Notes: a model not told the origin generated them from the sequence alone. A stretch of 59,387 bases of DNA, filler included, from Candidatus Woesearchaeota archaeon CG1_02_57_44 (GCA_001871415.1; 6 parts of 6 records of this genome joined end to end with filler, not necessarily neighbours in it); one strand, 5' to 3'. Shown: positions 35,621 through 46,086, numbered from the whole stretch's first letter. A program made the numbers and translations.

Positions 35621-36748
35621 CTATCCTAAAGAGTACCTGAGCACAGCCCCTATCCCGCCCAGCCCGTCCAGCTTCTTGGCTGCGTCGCTGCTCGCGGTTG
35701 GCGAAGCGAGGCTGTCGGACGCCCCACCACCAGCGCCATCACGGGCACCGCTGCTGCCCGCACCAGCGGCGCCACCCGCGGCCATACCGGTCATATCACC
35801 GGTGATGATATGCACGCTCCCGCGCTGGCTGTCCGCCTTGCGCATGAGTTCGCGGACAGCATCGTCATTGAGCAATCGTTCTGAGACCAGCAGTTCCTCC
35901 ACCGCCCCCGCGTCCACCGCGTCGCCGACTTCCTTCATGCCATAAGCGGCGATGTTCTTCGCGATAGCCACCAGCAATCTCTCCACCGCTGCCGACTCCG
36001 ATGCCGCCCGCTCGCCGGCCAGCGCCGCCGCGACCTCCGGTCGCTTGAGCACCTCTTCGATGCCTTCCTTGCCCGCTCCCTGGCACGTTGCATAGAGCGC
36101 CAGACCATCAATGTCTGGCGTCAGATGCCGCTTGAGCTCTTCCTTCCAGAATCCAGGACTGGCGAGGACGATCTTTGCAGGGTCCTGACGTGATGCCAGC
36201 GCAGACAAGTGCGCAGCCAACCCCTCAAAGAACCCCGTTGTCCTGTTGCCCTTCTCGCCCGTGTCAAACTGCTTGCCTGAGACACCAGAAGCAAAGTCAG
36301 CAAGATGCGCCACCTGCGCTCCGGTCAGCATAGCGAAAGATGCCTTGCCCTTGTCAAACGCGCAGACCAGCACGGGCTTACGCCGGGGCTTGCACGCTTC
36401 AGTGAGCAATTCCCGCGCATAACCAAGCCAATCCTGCTTGATGATAGTGAGGGCATCACCTGGCGCGAGCTGGAAGCTATGGTAGCTGCCCAACGGGACA
36501 TCATCAGGCCCAGAGACTATCTTGCCGCTGGCGCGAAGACCATCGCCAAGTTCCATCTTCTCAACAGAGATGCCCAAGCGCACAGGCCGTCGTTCAGTCG
36601 CGGTCTCTGATACCGCGACCTTGCGCATGGTCTTGCCTTCGATAGTGTCCCCTGTAGTGATGATGCGCGCGAGATACCAGGCGTCTTCTGGCGAGTCCAG
36701 CCGCACCTTGGCACTGCCCTTCCTGAAATCGCTGAAAACAAGGTGCAT
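35621..36748 (-). CDS. pelA: Pelota ribosome-rescue factor
   Basis: EDAWYL, LRASGKI, GSYH, ASPGFWKE, AYG..EV..GAVE.LLVS and LGGIGAVLRY. Confidence 0.94.
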   Translation of the reverse strand: MHLVFSDFRKGSAKVRLDSPEDAWYLARIITTGDTIEGKTMRKVAVSETATERRPVRLGISVEKMELGDGLRASGKIVSGPDDVPLGSYHSFQLAPGDALTIIKQDWLGYARELLTEACKPRRKPVLVCAFDKGKASFAMLTGAQVAHLADFASGVSGKQFDTGEKGNRTTGFFEGLAAHLSALASRQDPAKIVLASPGFWKEELKRHLTPDIDGLALYATCQGAGKEGIEEVLKRPEVAAALAGERAASESAAVERLLVAIAKNIAAYGMKEVGDAVDAGAVEELLVSERLLNDDAVRELMRKADSQRGSVHIITGDMTGMAAGGAAGAGSSGARDGAGGGASDSLASPTASSDAAKKLDGLGGIGAVLRYSLG

Positions 36749-36789
36749 GGACGCCCGAAGGAAAAGATTTATATATAAAGGTATGCAGG

Positions 36790-38025
36790 GTGAAGAGTGT
36801 GAAAAGCACTGCCAGCAGACTCCTGCACCGTCGGAAAGGCCGCAAAGCCCAGGATGCCGCCAATGCCGCGGTCCTGCTGGGCATCATCACCGCGTTCATC
36901 ATCCTCTACATCCTGTTCTTGCCCCCAGACATCCGCAATGACCTGCTAGGAGAATCCGGGAGCAGCATAGCGTCTGGCGGTTCCGGAAGCTCTGGCGTGG
37001 GAAAACTAGAAGCGACGCTGCTGCATGAGAACCCTGGCAGACTGGATTTCATCGCAGAGGACAACTATGTCCATAGCATCCCCAGTTTCTATCTATCCAA
37101 GACCACCAATGCGCAGGTGCTCAAGGAAGAACCACCAATAACCGTACGCAACGGCGTCTTTGATAAGAAGAACGTAGTGACCACATTTCGCGTCCAAGAC
37201 CTGACGACGGCCCAGAATGTGTTGCTCAGTTTCACCGCGACCAAACGCAAGGGCGAATTGACCATCAAGCTGAATGGCAGGGAGATCTTCAGCAGCGTGG
37301 TCGATGAGATGAATGTGCCGCCAATCACCCTTGACAAGTCCTTGCTGCAGCCCATCAATGAACTGGAGTTTTCCGTCGGGAGTGTGGGCTGGCAATTCTG
37401 GCGCACAAATGAGTTCCTCATCCAGAATCTCAAGATAACCTCAGACATTACTGATCTCACACGCCAGCAGGCCAACAATGTTTTTTCCATGTCCAGCATC
37501 GAGCGCTACAATCTGGAGAAAGCGTTCCTGAAATTCATCCCGGACTGCCGTGATGCCGGGACATTGCACGCGAGCATCAATAATATCGAGCTGTACGGGG
37601 GTGTTCCTGAGTGCTCGGTGCTGAATGTTGTGGAGATCCCAGGCAACGCGCTTGAAGCCGGCGAGAACAACGTGGTCTTCAAGACGGATTCCGGTTCATA
37701 TCTCATCGATCGAATCACCGTGGAGACCACGCTGCGGGAGCTGCCGAGCATCGTCTATTTCTTTGAGCTGAGCGCAGACCAGCTAGAGGCGACGCAGAAC
37801 CACAATCTGACTGCCAATATGACCATGCAGTTCGTCGATGACGACAAGGAGAAGAGCGCGGGCGTGTACGTGAACGGCCACGCGACATCCCTGCGCCAGT
37901 ACGGCCCGACCTATGTCAGGTCCATACCCCCAGAGTGGCTGCGTGAAGGTACCAACGACCTGCGCATCGATCCGAAAAGCACCTTGCTGCTCGTCACCCT
38001 GGATGTCGAGCTGCGCAGAAGATGA
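36790..38025 (+). CDS. Class III signal peptide (pilin-like) protein with three repeated beta-rich domains
   Basis: RKA-QDAANAAVLLGIITAFIILYILF. Three IKLNG/SINN/YVNG..L..G.N.L.F-type repeats. Confidence 0.8.
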   Translation: MKSVKSTASRLLHRRKGRKAQDAANAAVLLGIITAFIILYILFLPPDIRNDLLGESGSSIASGGSGSSGVGKLEATLLHENPGRLDFIAEDNYVHSIPSFYLSKTTNAQVLKEEPPITVRNGVFDKKNVVTTFRVQDLTTAQNVLLSFTATKRKGELTIKLNGREIFSSVVDEMNVPPITLDKSLLQPINELEFSVGSVGWQFWRTNEFLIQNLKITSDITDLTRQQANNVFSMSSIERYNLEKAFLKFIPDCRDAGTLHASINNIELYGGVPECSVLNVVEIPGNALEAGENNVVFKTDSGSYLIDRITVETTLRELPSIVYFFELSADQLEATQNHNLTANMTMQFVDDDKEKSAGVYVNGHATSLRQYGPTYVRSIPPEWLREGTNDLRIDPKSTLLLVTLDVELRRR

Positions 38026-39917
38026 CGGATGACGCTGCAGGAGATGGCACACTCCGGAGAGCAGGCCGGACCATCAGGGATGGCGGCAAGCTGGTGCTGA
38101 CCACCGCCGACAACCTGACAGACCCGAATTTCTACAAGGACGCGCTGACCAAGGGGACGGGCTGGACCATCAGCAAGATAGCCTCCATCATCATCCTGCT
38201 GCTCCTGCTCCTGCTGATCGGATGGATGGGAAGCGTCGCTTACGGGTGGTCGCAGGCAGGCATCCTGCAGGAGAGATGGGACGATTTCAAGGCAGGTATC
38301 CTAGGATTCAAGGGCTCGCTGGACACAGGCTACAATCGGATGATCCAAGAGGCAAGCGGACAGTATGTGGAAGGTGACACCGAGCAGACCAAGGAATTCA
38401 TCGGCATAGCGATCGATGACCCGTCCATCCCCAATCAGCGGGAATACGATCTTGATGAGAAGGAGTACATCGAGCTGCACGCCAAGCTGCAGGCATTCAA
38501 CTCGCGTCAGGAGATAACGAAGATAACCGTGACCTGTGGCACGGAGCAGGAGCAATGGGAAATAGTGCCCAAAGCGCCCTATCAGGGAATCCGCTATGTC
38601 GCTGAGGAATTGACCTGCTATGGCCCTGGCCAGAGCATCCAGCTGGGGCTCAACAAGGTCGCATTCCGCGCCCTTGCCGAAGGATTTGTGACCGAAGCGC
38701 ACCTGACGAATAATTTTGTGCACAAGGACGCGCTGGACGGGAAGCTTCGTGACTGGGCCATCCAGCACAGCGCCACCATCAATAATCCTAGTGACCACGC
38801 CCGGGCCATCAGCGATGAGTTCGGCGTCGCCGGCGACACCAGCTATCTCTCCGTGTCAGACCAGGGACCGCTCAAGCTCATCATCCAGACCGAGCCTACA
38901 TCTGTGATAGGCATCGACGAGAGCCACGGCGTCCGGCTCAAGGTCGCGCTGGAAAACGCTGCTCCCGGGACCATCACTTTTTTGCACACGCTCACGGTCC
39001 AGCTTCCCGAAGGCCTGCATATCGATACGGATGCTGAATCCTGCCCGCATTTCACCCAGGACAGGACCACAGTGACCGTGGACCCGTCCTACTTGGGGAG
39101 GATAAATCTTGACGATGTCGCAAAGAACCAGCAGGTGGCCATCGGCTCGTGCATGCTGACCACAGACAAAGCAGGATTGCATGCTCTGCTCAAGTTCCCT
39201 GCCATGCCGAATCCGGTCATCTTCGCCGCGTCTGTGACCTATGATTATCTGGCAGTCAAAGAGTACAGCGTCATGCTTCGCAGCCCATATGAAGAGAGCG
39301 CCGCCAACGGCTATGACGACCTGGGAGATGGGGACGCCAGCGTATATAGCGGCTCAGACAGCGATTCCTGGTGGGGGGATGGCTGGTGGTCTGGAGACGC
39401 CCCTGCCACCTATGACACCCGGGTCACCGGTAAGTGCGCAGATGTCATCAATTACGCGCAGGGCTACTTGGGGACTGGATATGGTGGGCTCACTGCCTGT
39501 TCCGCCAAGAACGCGCAGGCTGGCGCGTGCACGACACAATGCGGCTCCTTTGTAAGCAACGCGTACCGCTACACAGGTCATGCTGTGCCAGTAGGTAATG
39601 GTGATGGCAAGTGCGATGGACCGCTGGTGACTAAGATCGGCAAGGATCCCAGCATCCTGCAACCAGGGGACATATTCTCGTATAGCAGCAGAAAGAGCGG
39701 ACATACGGGAATGTTTGTCGGTGTCGGGTATCAGGCATTGGTCGATGGCCACTACGTCTTCAAGCAGGATCCGAATGGCAAACCTGTGTTCATCCACAGC
39801 ACCAATGGATGCTATGCAGACGGAACGCACTGCAGTGAGGTGCAGTATATCTATTATGACAGATTGGTTCGCTATCATCCAAACATGGTCTTCTGCAGGC
39901 ATAAGGAATGCACGTGA
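38022..39917 (+). CDS. Membrane-anchored protein with a C-terminal NlpC/P60 (papain-like) domain
   Basis: Single TM, large ectodomain, acidic linker, then AQGYLG..QCGSFVSNAY..LQPGDIF..GHTGMFVG..FIHS. Confidence 0.82.
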   Translation: MTDDAAGDGTLRRAGRTIRDGGKLVLTTADNLTDPNFYKDALTKGTGWTISKIASIIILLLLLLLIGWMGSVAYGWSQAGILQERWDDFKAGILGFKGSLDTGYNRMIQEASGQYVEGDTEQTKEFIGIAIDDPSIPNQREYDLDEKEYIELHAKLQAFNSRQEITKITVTCGTEQEQWEIVPKAPYQGIRYVAEELTCYGPGQSIQLGLNKVAFRALAEGFVTEAHLTNNFVHKDALDGKLRDWAIQHSATINNPSDHARAISDEFGVAGDTSYLSVSDQGPLKLIIQTEPTSVIGIDESHGVRLKVALENAAPGTITFLHTLTVQLPEGLHIDTDAESCPHFTQDRTTVTVDPSYLGRINLDDVAKNQQVAIGSCMLTTDKAGLHALLKFPAMPNPVIFAASVTYDYLAVKEYSVMLRSPYEESAANGYDDLGDGDASVYSGSDSDSWWGDGWWSGDAPATYDTRVTGKCADVINYAQGYLGTGYGGLTACSAKNAQAGACTTQCGSFVSNAYRYTGHAVPVGNGDGKCDGPLVTKIGKDPSILQPGDIFSYSSRKSGHTGMFVGVGYQALVDGHYVFKQDPNGKPVFIHSTNGCYADGTHCSEVQYIYYDRLVRYHPNMVFCRHKECT

Positions 39918-40082
39918 GGCACGCTCAGCGATGCTTCACCCTCGACGATTCACCTTGTTGACCTGACAATGCTATCCAATCTTCCCCGATAATCGCAGGA
40001 GCACCGCGTCTGTTTGCCGCTGACTCCTCCATCAGCCATGCTCGCCAATACCTTTAAATATGCCAGCGCCCAGAATCAGCGT

Positions 40083-40198
40083 ATGGGGTCGGCAGATGTT
40101 GACGATGAGCGCCTTGAGGATGAGCTGGCAGAGAGAGTGGAAGAAAAGCTCGAGCAGGGCTTGTCAGACCCTAAGAGAGTCCAGTCCACATCATCTGC
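40083..40198 (+). CDS. N-terminal fragment of an unknown protein
   Basis: ATG about 25 nt after TTTAAATA; cut by the linker. Confidence 0.4.
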
Positions 40199-40298
40199 NN
40201 NNNNNNNNNNNNNNNNNNNNNNNNNNNNNNNNNNNNNNNNNNTTAATTAATTAANNNNNNNNNNNNNNNNNNNNNNNNNNNNNNNNNNNNNNNNNNNN

Positions 40299-41210
40299 AT
40301 CGTGAGCGGCGCTGTGTCCGAGCGCATCCAGTTCAAGGGCTACCTGCTCTACAGCGTCTTCATCACGGCATTCCTGTATCCTGTCATCGGCCACTGGATA
40401 TGGGGGCAGGGGTGGCTCGCAGCCAAGGGATTCATCGACTTCGCAGGATCCACCGTGGTCCATAGCGTCGGCGGCTGGGCAGCGCTCGCGGGCGCGCTTG
40501 TCCTCGGTCCTCGCATCGGCAGGTTCCCTAAACATGGCGCAAGACCCATCCGGGGCCACAGCCTGACATTGGCAGCACTGGGCGTGTTCATCCTCTGGTT
40601 CGGATGGTATGGATTCAATCCAGGATCAACGGTCTCGGGAACTGACCCACGCATCGCCATGATCGCTGTCACCACCACGCTCGCGGCCGCGGCCGGCGCG
40701 GTGAGCTCCATGACCTTTGCCTGGCTGCGCTACAAGACCCCTGATGTCAGCCTGACCCTTGGCGGCACCATCGGCGGCCTGGTGGGCATCACCGCAGGCA
40801 CCGCGAATGTGAGTCCGCTCGACAGCATCATCATCGGCGCCATCGCCGGCATCCTCTACGTGCTCGGCGTGGCGCTGCTCGACAAGCTGCGCATCGACGA
40901 TCCTGTCGGCGCGGTCCCGGCGCACGCATTCTGCGGTGCCTGGGGCACACTCGCGGTCGGCCTGTTCAGCAGCACGGCTGACGCACCGGGCCTGTTCTAT
41001 GGAGGCGGCACAGGCCTGCTGGCGACCCAGCTGCTGGGGGTCGCGAGCGTGTTCGTTGCGGCCTTCGGCACTATGTACCTGTTCTTTCGGGTCATTGACA
41101 AGACCGTCGGCCTTCGGGTCAGCAAGGAGGATGAGCTCAAGGGCCTGGACCTTGTGGAGCACAGCACCGAAGCATACGCGGACTTCAATATCACTGCCAG
41201 CAATGATTGA
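40299..41210 (+). CDS. amt: Ammonium transporter, 5'-truncated
   Basis: SGAVSER, DFAGSTVVH, LWFGWYGFNPGS and DDPVGAVPAH. Confidence 0.96.
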   Translation: MVSGAVSERIQFKGYLLYSVFITAFLYPVIGHWIWGQGWLAAKGFIDFAGSTVVHSVGGWAALAGALVLGPRIGRFPKHGARPIRGHSLTLAALGVFILWFGWYGFNPGSTVSGTDPRIAMIAVTTTLAAAAGAVSSMTFAWLRYKTPDVSLTLGGTIGGLVGITAGTANVSPLDSIIIGAIAGILYVLGVALLDKLRIDDPVGAVPAHAFCGAWGTLAVGLFSSTADAPGLFYGGGTGLLATQLLGVASVFVAAFGTMYLFFRVIDKTVGLRVSKEDELKGLDLVEHSTEAYADFNITASND

Positions 41211-41221
41211 GGTGAAACACC

Positions 41222-41620
41222 ATGAAACTCATAGCAGCCATCATCAGACCTGACAAGTTCAGGGATGTCAAGGAGGCGCTCTTCGCACAAGGGGTCTTCA
41301 TGATGACCCAGCTTGATGTCCGTGGATGCGGACAGCAGAAGGGCCTTCCGCTTGAGTACAGAGGCGTCGTCGAGGAAGTCAACCTGCATCGCAAGACCAT
41401 GCTGCTCATCGGGGTCAATGAGAGCTATGTCAAGAAGACCGTCAAGGCCATCGTAGGAGCCGCGCGGACCAATGGCGGCAATATAGGCGACGGAAAAATA
41501 TTTGTACTAGACCTTGAGGACTGCGTGCGCATCCGCACCGGTGAGTGCGGCGTTGCTGGCATCGGCGGCAGATCAGCAGAGCTGGACGCACTGAAGGGAA
41601 AGGTCACCACCATCAAATGA
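41222..41620 (+). CDS. glnK: PII nitrogen regulatory protein
   Basis: MKLIAAIIRP, VRGCGQQKG, YRG, IGDGKIFV and RIRTGE; directly downstream of amt. Confidence 0.94.
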   Translation: MKLIAAIIRPDKFRDVKEALFAQGVFMMTQLDVRGCGQQKGLPLEYRGVVEEVNLHRKTMLLIGVNESYVKKTVKAIVGAARTNGGNIGDGKIFVLDLEDCVRIRTGECGVAGIGGRSAELDALKGKVTTIK

Positions 41621-41776
41621 GCCCCACCCGTGACCTCACAACCGGCTATGATCACAAGCAGTCATGTGATGACGTATAGGGGAAGCGCCTGGAACGGAAG
41701 AGCGGCCCTGCGTGGGACGCCTACCGGATCGCATGACGCATAGCGTAAACAAGGAAGGCAAGGAAGGTGAACGCAT

Positions 41777-43105
41777 ATGGATGACGTACTGAAACGCGCA
41801 GAGAAGGACAATGTGAAGTTCGTGGAACTGCAGTTTACTGACATCCACGGCATGACCAAGGCAGTGACCATTCCCATGGACAAGCTGGCGGAATCGCTGG
41901 AAAAAGGTACTTGGTTCGATGGCAGCAGCATAGAAGGATTCACGCGCATCGCGGAATCAGACATGTTCCTGATGCCGGATCCCGCGACCTACGCCATATT
42001 GCCGTGGGAGAACCGGGGGGTGACGGTCAGGTTCATCTGCGATGTCTACATGCCTGACGGAAAGCCCTTCGAGGGCGATCCCCGCTATATCCTCAAGAGG
42101 GTCATGGCTGAGGCAAAGGAGCTCGGCTATGAGTACAATGTCGGGCCCGAGCTTGAGTTCTTTTTGTTCAAGCGCGGACCTGAAGGGGAGGTGACCACCA
42201 TCACCCATGATGGCGCAGGCTACTTTGACTTCGCTCCAAGGGATCTGGCGGGCGACGTGCGCAAGGAGATAACCCTTGCGCTGCAGTCCATGGGCCTTGA
42301 GGTGGAGATGATCCATCACGAGGTCGCTCCCGGCCAGCATGAGATAGACTTCAAGTACGGCGACGCTGTGACCACGGCGGACCGGGCGACGACGTTCAAG
42401 CTCGCGGTCAAGAGCATCGCCAACAAGCATGGGCTCTTCGCATCTTTCATGCCAAAGCCCCTCTTTGGCGTCAATGGCTCGGGCATGCACACGCACCAGA
42501 GCTTCATGGACATCAAGACCGGCAAGAACGCGTTCTATGACGCCGCCGACCCCTACAAGCTGAGCCCGCTGGCAAAGTCCTTCATCGCAGGACAGCTCAA
42601 GCATGTGCGCGGCTTCTCCGCCATCATCGCGCCCATCGTCAACAGCTACAAGCGACTCGTGCCAGGCTACGAAGCGCCTGTGTATATCACCTGGGCGCAG
42701 CGCAACAGGTCAGCGCTGATACGCATCCCGCGCTACAGCCCCGGACGGGAGCAGGCGACGCGCGCAGAGCTTCGCTGCCCAGACCCCAGCTGCAACCCCT
42801 ACCTGGCATTCGCGGTCATGCTGAAAGCAGGTCTGGACGGCATCAAGAACAAGATGGTCCCGCCGACACCCGTAGAAGAGGACGTGTACCATTTCACCGG
42901 CGACAAGCTGGTGGAGAAGGGTATTGCCACGCTGCCCGGCTCGCTTGGTGAGGCCATCACCGAGATGACCAAGAGCACTGTTGTCAAAGACGCGCTCGGA
43001 CCGCATACCTATCCCATCTACCTTCGCGCCAAGCAGGAGGAGTGGGACGCGTATCGCATCCAGGTCAGCAAGTGGGAGACGGACATGTACATGGAGCGCA
43101 TCTAG
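41777..43105 (+). CDS. glnA: Glutamine synthetase type I
   Basis: FDGSSIEGF, GPELEFF, HHEVAPGQHEI, NGSGMH, RLVPGYEAP and ELRCPDPSCNPY. Confidence 0.97.
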   Translation: MDDVLKRAEKDNVKFVELQFTDIHGMTKAVTIPMDKLAESLEKGTWFDGSSIEGFTRIAESDMFLMPDPATYAILPWENRGVTVRFICDVYMPDGKPFEGDPRYILKRVMAEAKELGYEYNVGPELEFFLFKRGPEGEVTTITHDGAGYFDFAPRDLAGDVRKEITLALQSMGLEVEMIHHEVAPGQHEIDFKYGDAVTTADRATTFKLAVKSIANKHGLFASFMPKPLFGVNGSGMHTHQSFMDIKTGKNAFYDAADPYKLSPLAKSFIAGQLKHVRGFSAIIAPIVNSYKRLVPGYEAPVYITWAQRNRSALIRIPRYSPGREQATRAELRCPDPSCNPYLAFAVMLKAGLDGIKNKMVPPTPVEEDVYHFTGDKLVEKGIATLPGSLGEAITEMTKSTVVKDALGPHTYPIYLRAKQEEWDAYRIQVSKWETDMYMERI

Positions 43106-43112
43106 GCGCTCC

Positions 43113-43180
43113 GGTTTTGTTTCTTCCTTTTTCTTTTTGTTTCTCTTTCCTCTTTCTTGTCTTTCATCTTTTTCTCTTGT
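43113..43180 (+). terminator. Extended T/C-rich tract after glnA (archaeal oligo-U terminator-like)
   Basis: About 65 nt, almost purely pyrimidine, with several T4-T5 runs. Confidence 0.6.
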
Positions 43181-43245
43181 GAGCACAAACGCAAGCGGCA
43201 CGGTCGGCGAATACTTTATATTTCGATTTGATTTTCCCTAAGGGT

Positions 43246-43770
43246 ATGTACAAGACAGACAAGGCGTCGCTGGAAGCGCTGTCATTAGCACTAGACCCAC
43301 GGGACCTGGCAAATCTTGGCGCAGTCCTCACCTATATCCAGCAACATGATCTTGCGTCTGTGCCGCCTGAAGAAGTGGAACGGCTCGTGGGCGGTCTGCG
43401 GGAAATCGAGCGTCTGCGGTCAGAGGGACGCGTCTACGGGTTTCATGTCCAGGATACATACGCTGATCCGGGTGATGATGAAGGTGTAGAGCTTCACTTG
43501 CGGCACGGAGACACGCTTCGCCCATATGTCCGGCCGGGAGGTAGGTATTTTATGTATACTGCTCCCTATGTTGCGCATCATATAAAAATCAATTCATTGC
43601 CCGTATCAGTCATATACACAGGAGACATACCTCTTGGCGGCGAGTTTCTCGGCCTGCCTCAGGAATGCGATCCGTATCATCCTATCTATCTCAGCGCCCT
43701 GGAGCCGGAGGAGATCAGCATATTCCGGAGAGCAGGCATCGATGTCGTTATGCTTGATGTATTGCTCTGA
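43246..43770 (+). CDS. Hypothetical protein (lower GC, atypical codon usage)
   Basis: Open ORF preceded by a TTTATAT box; no recognised motif. Confidence 0.6.
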   Translation: MYKTDKASLEALSLALDPRDLANLGAVLTYIQQHDLASVPPEEVERLVGGLREIERLRSEGRVYGFHVQDTYADPGDDEGVELHLRHGDTLRPYVRPGGRYFMYTAPYVAHHIKINSLPVSVIYTGDIPLGGEFLGLPQECDPYHPIYLSALEPEEISIFRRAGIDVVMLDVLL

Positions 43771-43847
43771 GAGCGCGCTCTGTCTGCAATGCCACCTGCA
43801 TTCAGATGTACAAGACAATCTTTATCTCATCGCGCGTCCGTTCTCTT

Positions 43848-45137
43848 CTACAGAGTCAGTATCCGCCCCATGGCGTCGACAAAATGCTCCGCTTCCGCAA
43901 GCGTATTATAGAAATACATCGAGGCCCGCACGCTGCCCTTGATGCTGTTCGCGTTGAACCACGAGTGCACGCAGTGCGCCCCGGAGCGCACCATGATGCT
44001 GTCAGAGACGTCAAGCATCTTGGCTACATGGTGCGCGTCCATGGTGTCCACAGTGAAATTGTAGATGCCGCTTCGCAGCGCAGGGTCCTGCGGGCCGATG
44101 AGCCGGATCTTCTTCATCCTCTTGGGCGACCCTTCCTCTTTCTCGAGCGACCCTTCCTCCTGCCTGTCCCTGCCCGCTTGTATCTGAAGGTCCCGCAGCC
44201 CCTCGGTCATGACCTTGTTCAACGCCAGCTCCTGACGCTCTATCCTCTGCATGCCGATGCGCGAGAGATACTTCACCGCGGCGCCAAGACCGATGATGCC
44301 CGCATAGTCCTGCAGCCCTGCCTCAAGGCGCATCGGCAGTTCCTCGGGCGTGAAGGTATCATAGGTGGAATCGATGACTGTCTCGCCGCCCACATTGTAC
44401 TGCCTGAGCTGCTCGAGCGCCTCCATGCTGCCGTACAGGATGCCCGTACCTGTAGGGCCGCAGAGCTTGTGCCCGGAGCAGGACAGGAAGTCCACGCCGA
44501 GGTGTCTGACATCCACAGGATGGCTCGGCACGCTCTGCGCGCCGTCAGCGAGCACCTTTGCGCCATGGTCATGGGCTATCTTCGCGATGTCCCGCAGGGG
44601 ATTGGTCACACCGTCAAGGTTCGAGGTGTGCACCATGCTGACCAGACGTGTCTTCTTGGTGATGGCGCTCTCCAGCGCAGCCATGTCCAAGGTCCCTATA
44701 CTATCGACGGGAAGGACCTTGACGCAGATACCTTGCTCTTGTCTCAGGCGCAGCCAGGGGATGAGATTGGAATTGTGCTCCTTACCGGAGATTATGACTT
44801 CGTCGCCCTGCTTCAGGCCGATGCCATGCGCCACCATATTGATGCCCTCGGTCGTGTTGCGGGTGAAGACGCATTCCTCCTGCCTTCTCGCGCTGATGAA
44901 TTTCGCCACCTGTCGACGCGCCGCGTCTACTTCATCATCCACCTGCCTGCTCAGCCGATGTCCTGACCTTCCGCCACACGCAGGGAACTCCTGATAGTAC
45001 GACTGCATGGCTTCGATGACCTGCCTTGGTTTCAGGGCCATGCAGGCATTGTCGAAATAGACCAGCGGGCCGCGTCGGCGCTGATCCTGCCTGCGCTCAT
45101 CCAGCAAAGGGAAGTCGGATCGGATCTTGTCGTTCAT
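43848..45137 (-). CDS. sufS: Cysteine desulfurase (SufS-like, class V aminotransferase)
   Basis: IRSDFP, YFDNA, EHNSN, DGAQS, SGHK and VRSGAHC. Confidence 0.92.
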   Translation of the reverse strand: MNDKIRSDFPLLDERRQDQRRRGPLVYFDNACMALKPRQVIEAMQSYYQEFPACGGRSGHRLSRQVDDEVDAARRQVAKFISARRQEECVFTRNTTEGINMVAHGIGLKQGDEVIISGKEHNSNLIPWLRLRQEQGICVKVLPVDSIGTLDMAALESAITKKTRLVSMVHTSNLDGVTNPLRDIAKIAHDHGAKVLADGAQSVPSHPVDVRHLGVDFLSCSGHKLCGPTGTGILYGSMEALEQLRQYNVGGETVIDSTYDTFTPEELPMRLEAGLQDYAGIIGLGAAVKYLSRIGMQRIERQELALNKVMTEGLRDLQIQAGRDRQEEGSLEKEEGSPKRMKKIRLIGPQDPALRSGIYNFTVDTMDAHHVAKMLDVSDSIMVRSGAHCVHSWFNANSIKGSVRASMYFYNTLAEAEHFVDAMGRILTL

Positions 45138-45159
45138 TGTCTGCACTCACTTCTGCTGC

Positions 45160-46086
45160 TCATCTGAGCAGAGGATCGATGATGACCTCGAAGGTCTTGA
45201 GCGGCTTGGGCCCGACGATGCGCTGGTCGCCGATGAAGAAGGTCGGCGTCCCCTGCACGCCTGCGCGCACGCCAAGGAGCGCGTCCGCGTCCACCTCGGC
45301 GTCATACCTGCCAGAGACCATGCACTCGTCGAATCGCGCAGTGTCAAGACCTGCCTTGGCTGCTAATGCATCGATATTGTCCTGCGATATCACCTCAGGA
45401 TTGTTGAGCATCAGCTCATGGAATGTCTCTTTCTTGTCCTGCTCATCCGCGCAGTACGCTGCATGCGCCGCCGGACCGCTGAAATCATGCCGGGAGAGCA
45501 CGAATGGGTGGAATTCCAGATTGACCTTGCCCCGGTATTGCTCGAGCACCTGCTCTATGGTGGACTGGGCCTGCCTCGTGTGTGGACAGGTATAACAGCC
45601 AAACTCGATGATGGTGAGCTGCGCGTCAGGCGCGCCGATGAGAAGCCCTCCTTCCCCAGGCGCAGGTGTCACGGTCTGCTGCGGGATATCGATGTCTGCT
45701 TCGCAGATGGCGGACTGCGAGCCTGTCGGGTCGAACAGGCAGAATCCTGTGGACGCAGGACCGTTGCAGTTGCCGTACTTGACATAGTTGACGATGCCTG
45801 CTGCTGAGACGACCAGGCTCCAGGTGAATAGGATGAAGATGATCCAAGAAAGAGCTTTGTAGTAGCGGTAGGTGAATCTTGCCGCGCCTGGCCATATCTT
45901 GAGCAGCTTCCCGGAGATGCTTGCCCGTATGCGCTCATCAAGACCAGAGCGGCACTTGCGCAACGTCACGGTGCGTAGCAGGCAATCGACTGCTTCCAGT
46001 GTCAGACGCCGGTAGCGCACGCTGAAAATACTCAGCAGTGCGAATATCGGCAACGCCACCAAACAAAGGACCATGCTACGCTGCAA
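45160..46086 (-). CDS. Membrane-anchored DsbA/thioredoxin-fold protein with a Cys-rich N-terminus
   Basis: Two TM segments, IIEFGCYTCPHT, AAYCADEQ and GVQGTPTFFI. Confidence 0.85.
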   Translation of the reverse strand: MQRSMVLCLVALPIFALLSIFSVRYRRLTLEAVDCLLRTVTLRKCRSGLDERIRASISGKLLKIWPGAARFTYRYYKALSWIIFILFTWSLVVSAAGIVNYVKYGNCNGPASTGFCLFDPTGSQSAICEADIDIPQQTVTPAPGEGGLLIGAPDAQLTIIEFGCYTCPHTRQAQSTIEQVLEQYRGKVNLEFHPFVLSRHDFSGPAAHAAYCADEQDKKETFHELMLNNPEVISQDNIDALAAKAGLDTARFDECMVSGRYDAEVDADALLGVRAGVQGTPTFFIGDQRIVGPKPLKTFEVIIDPLLR

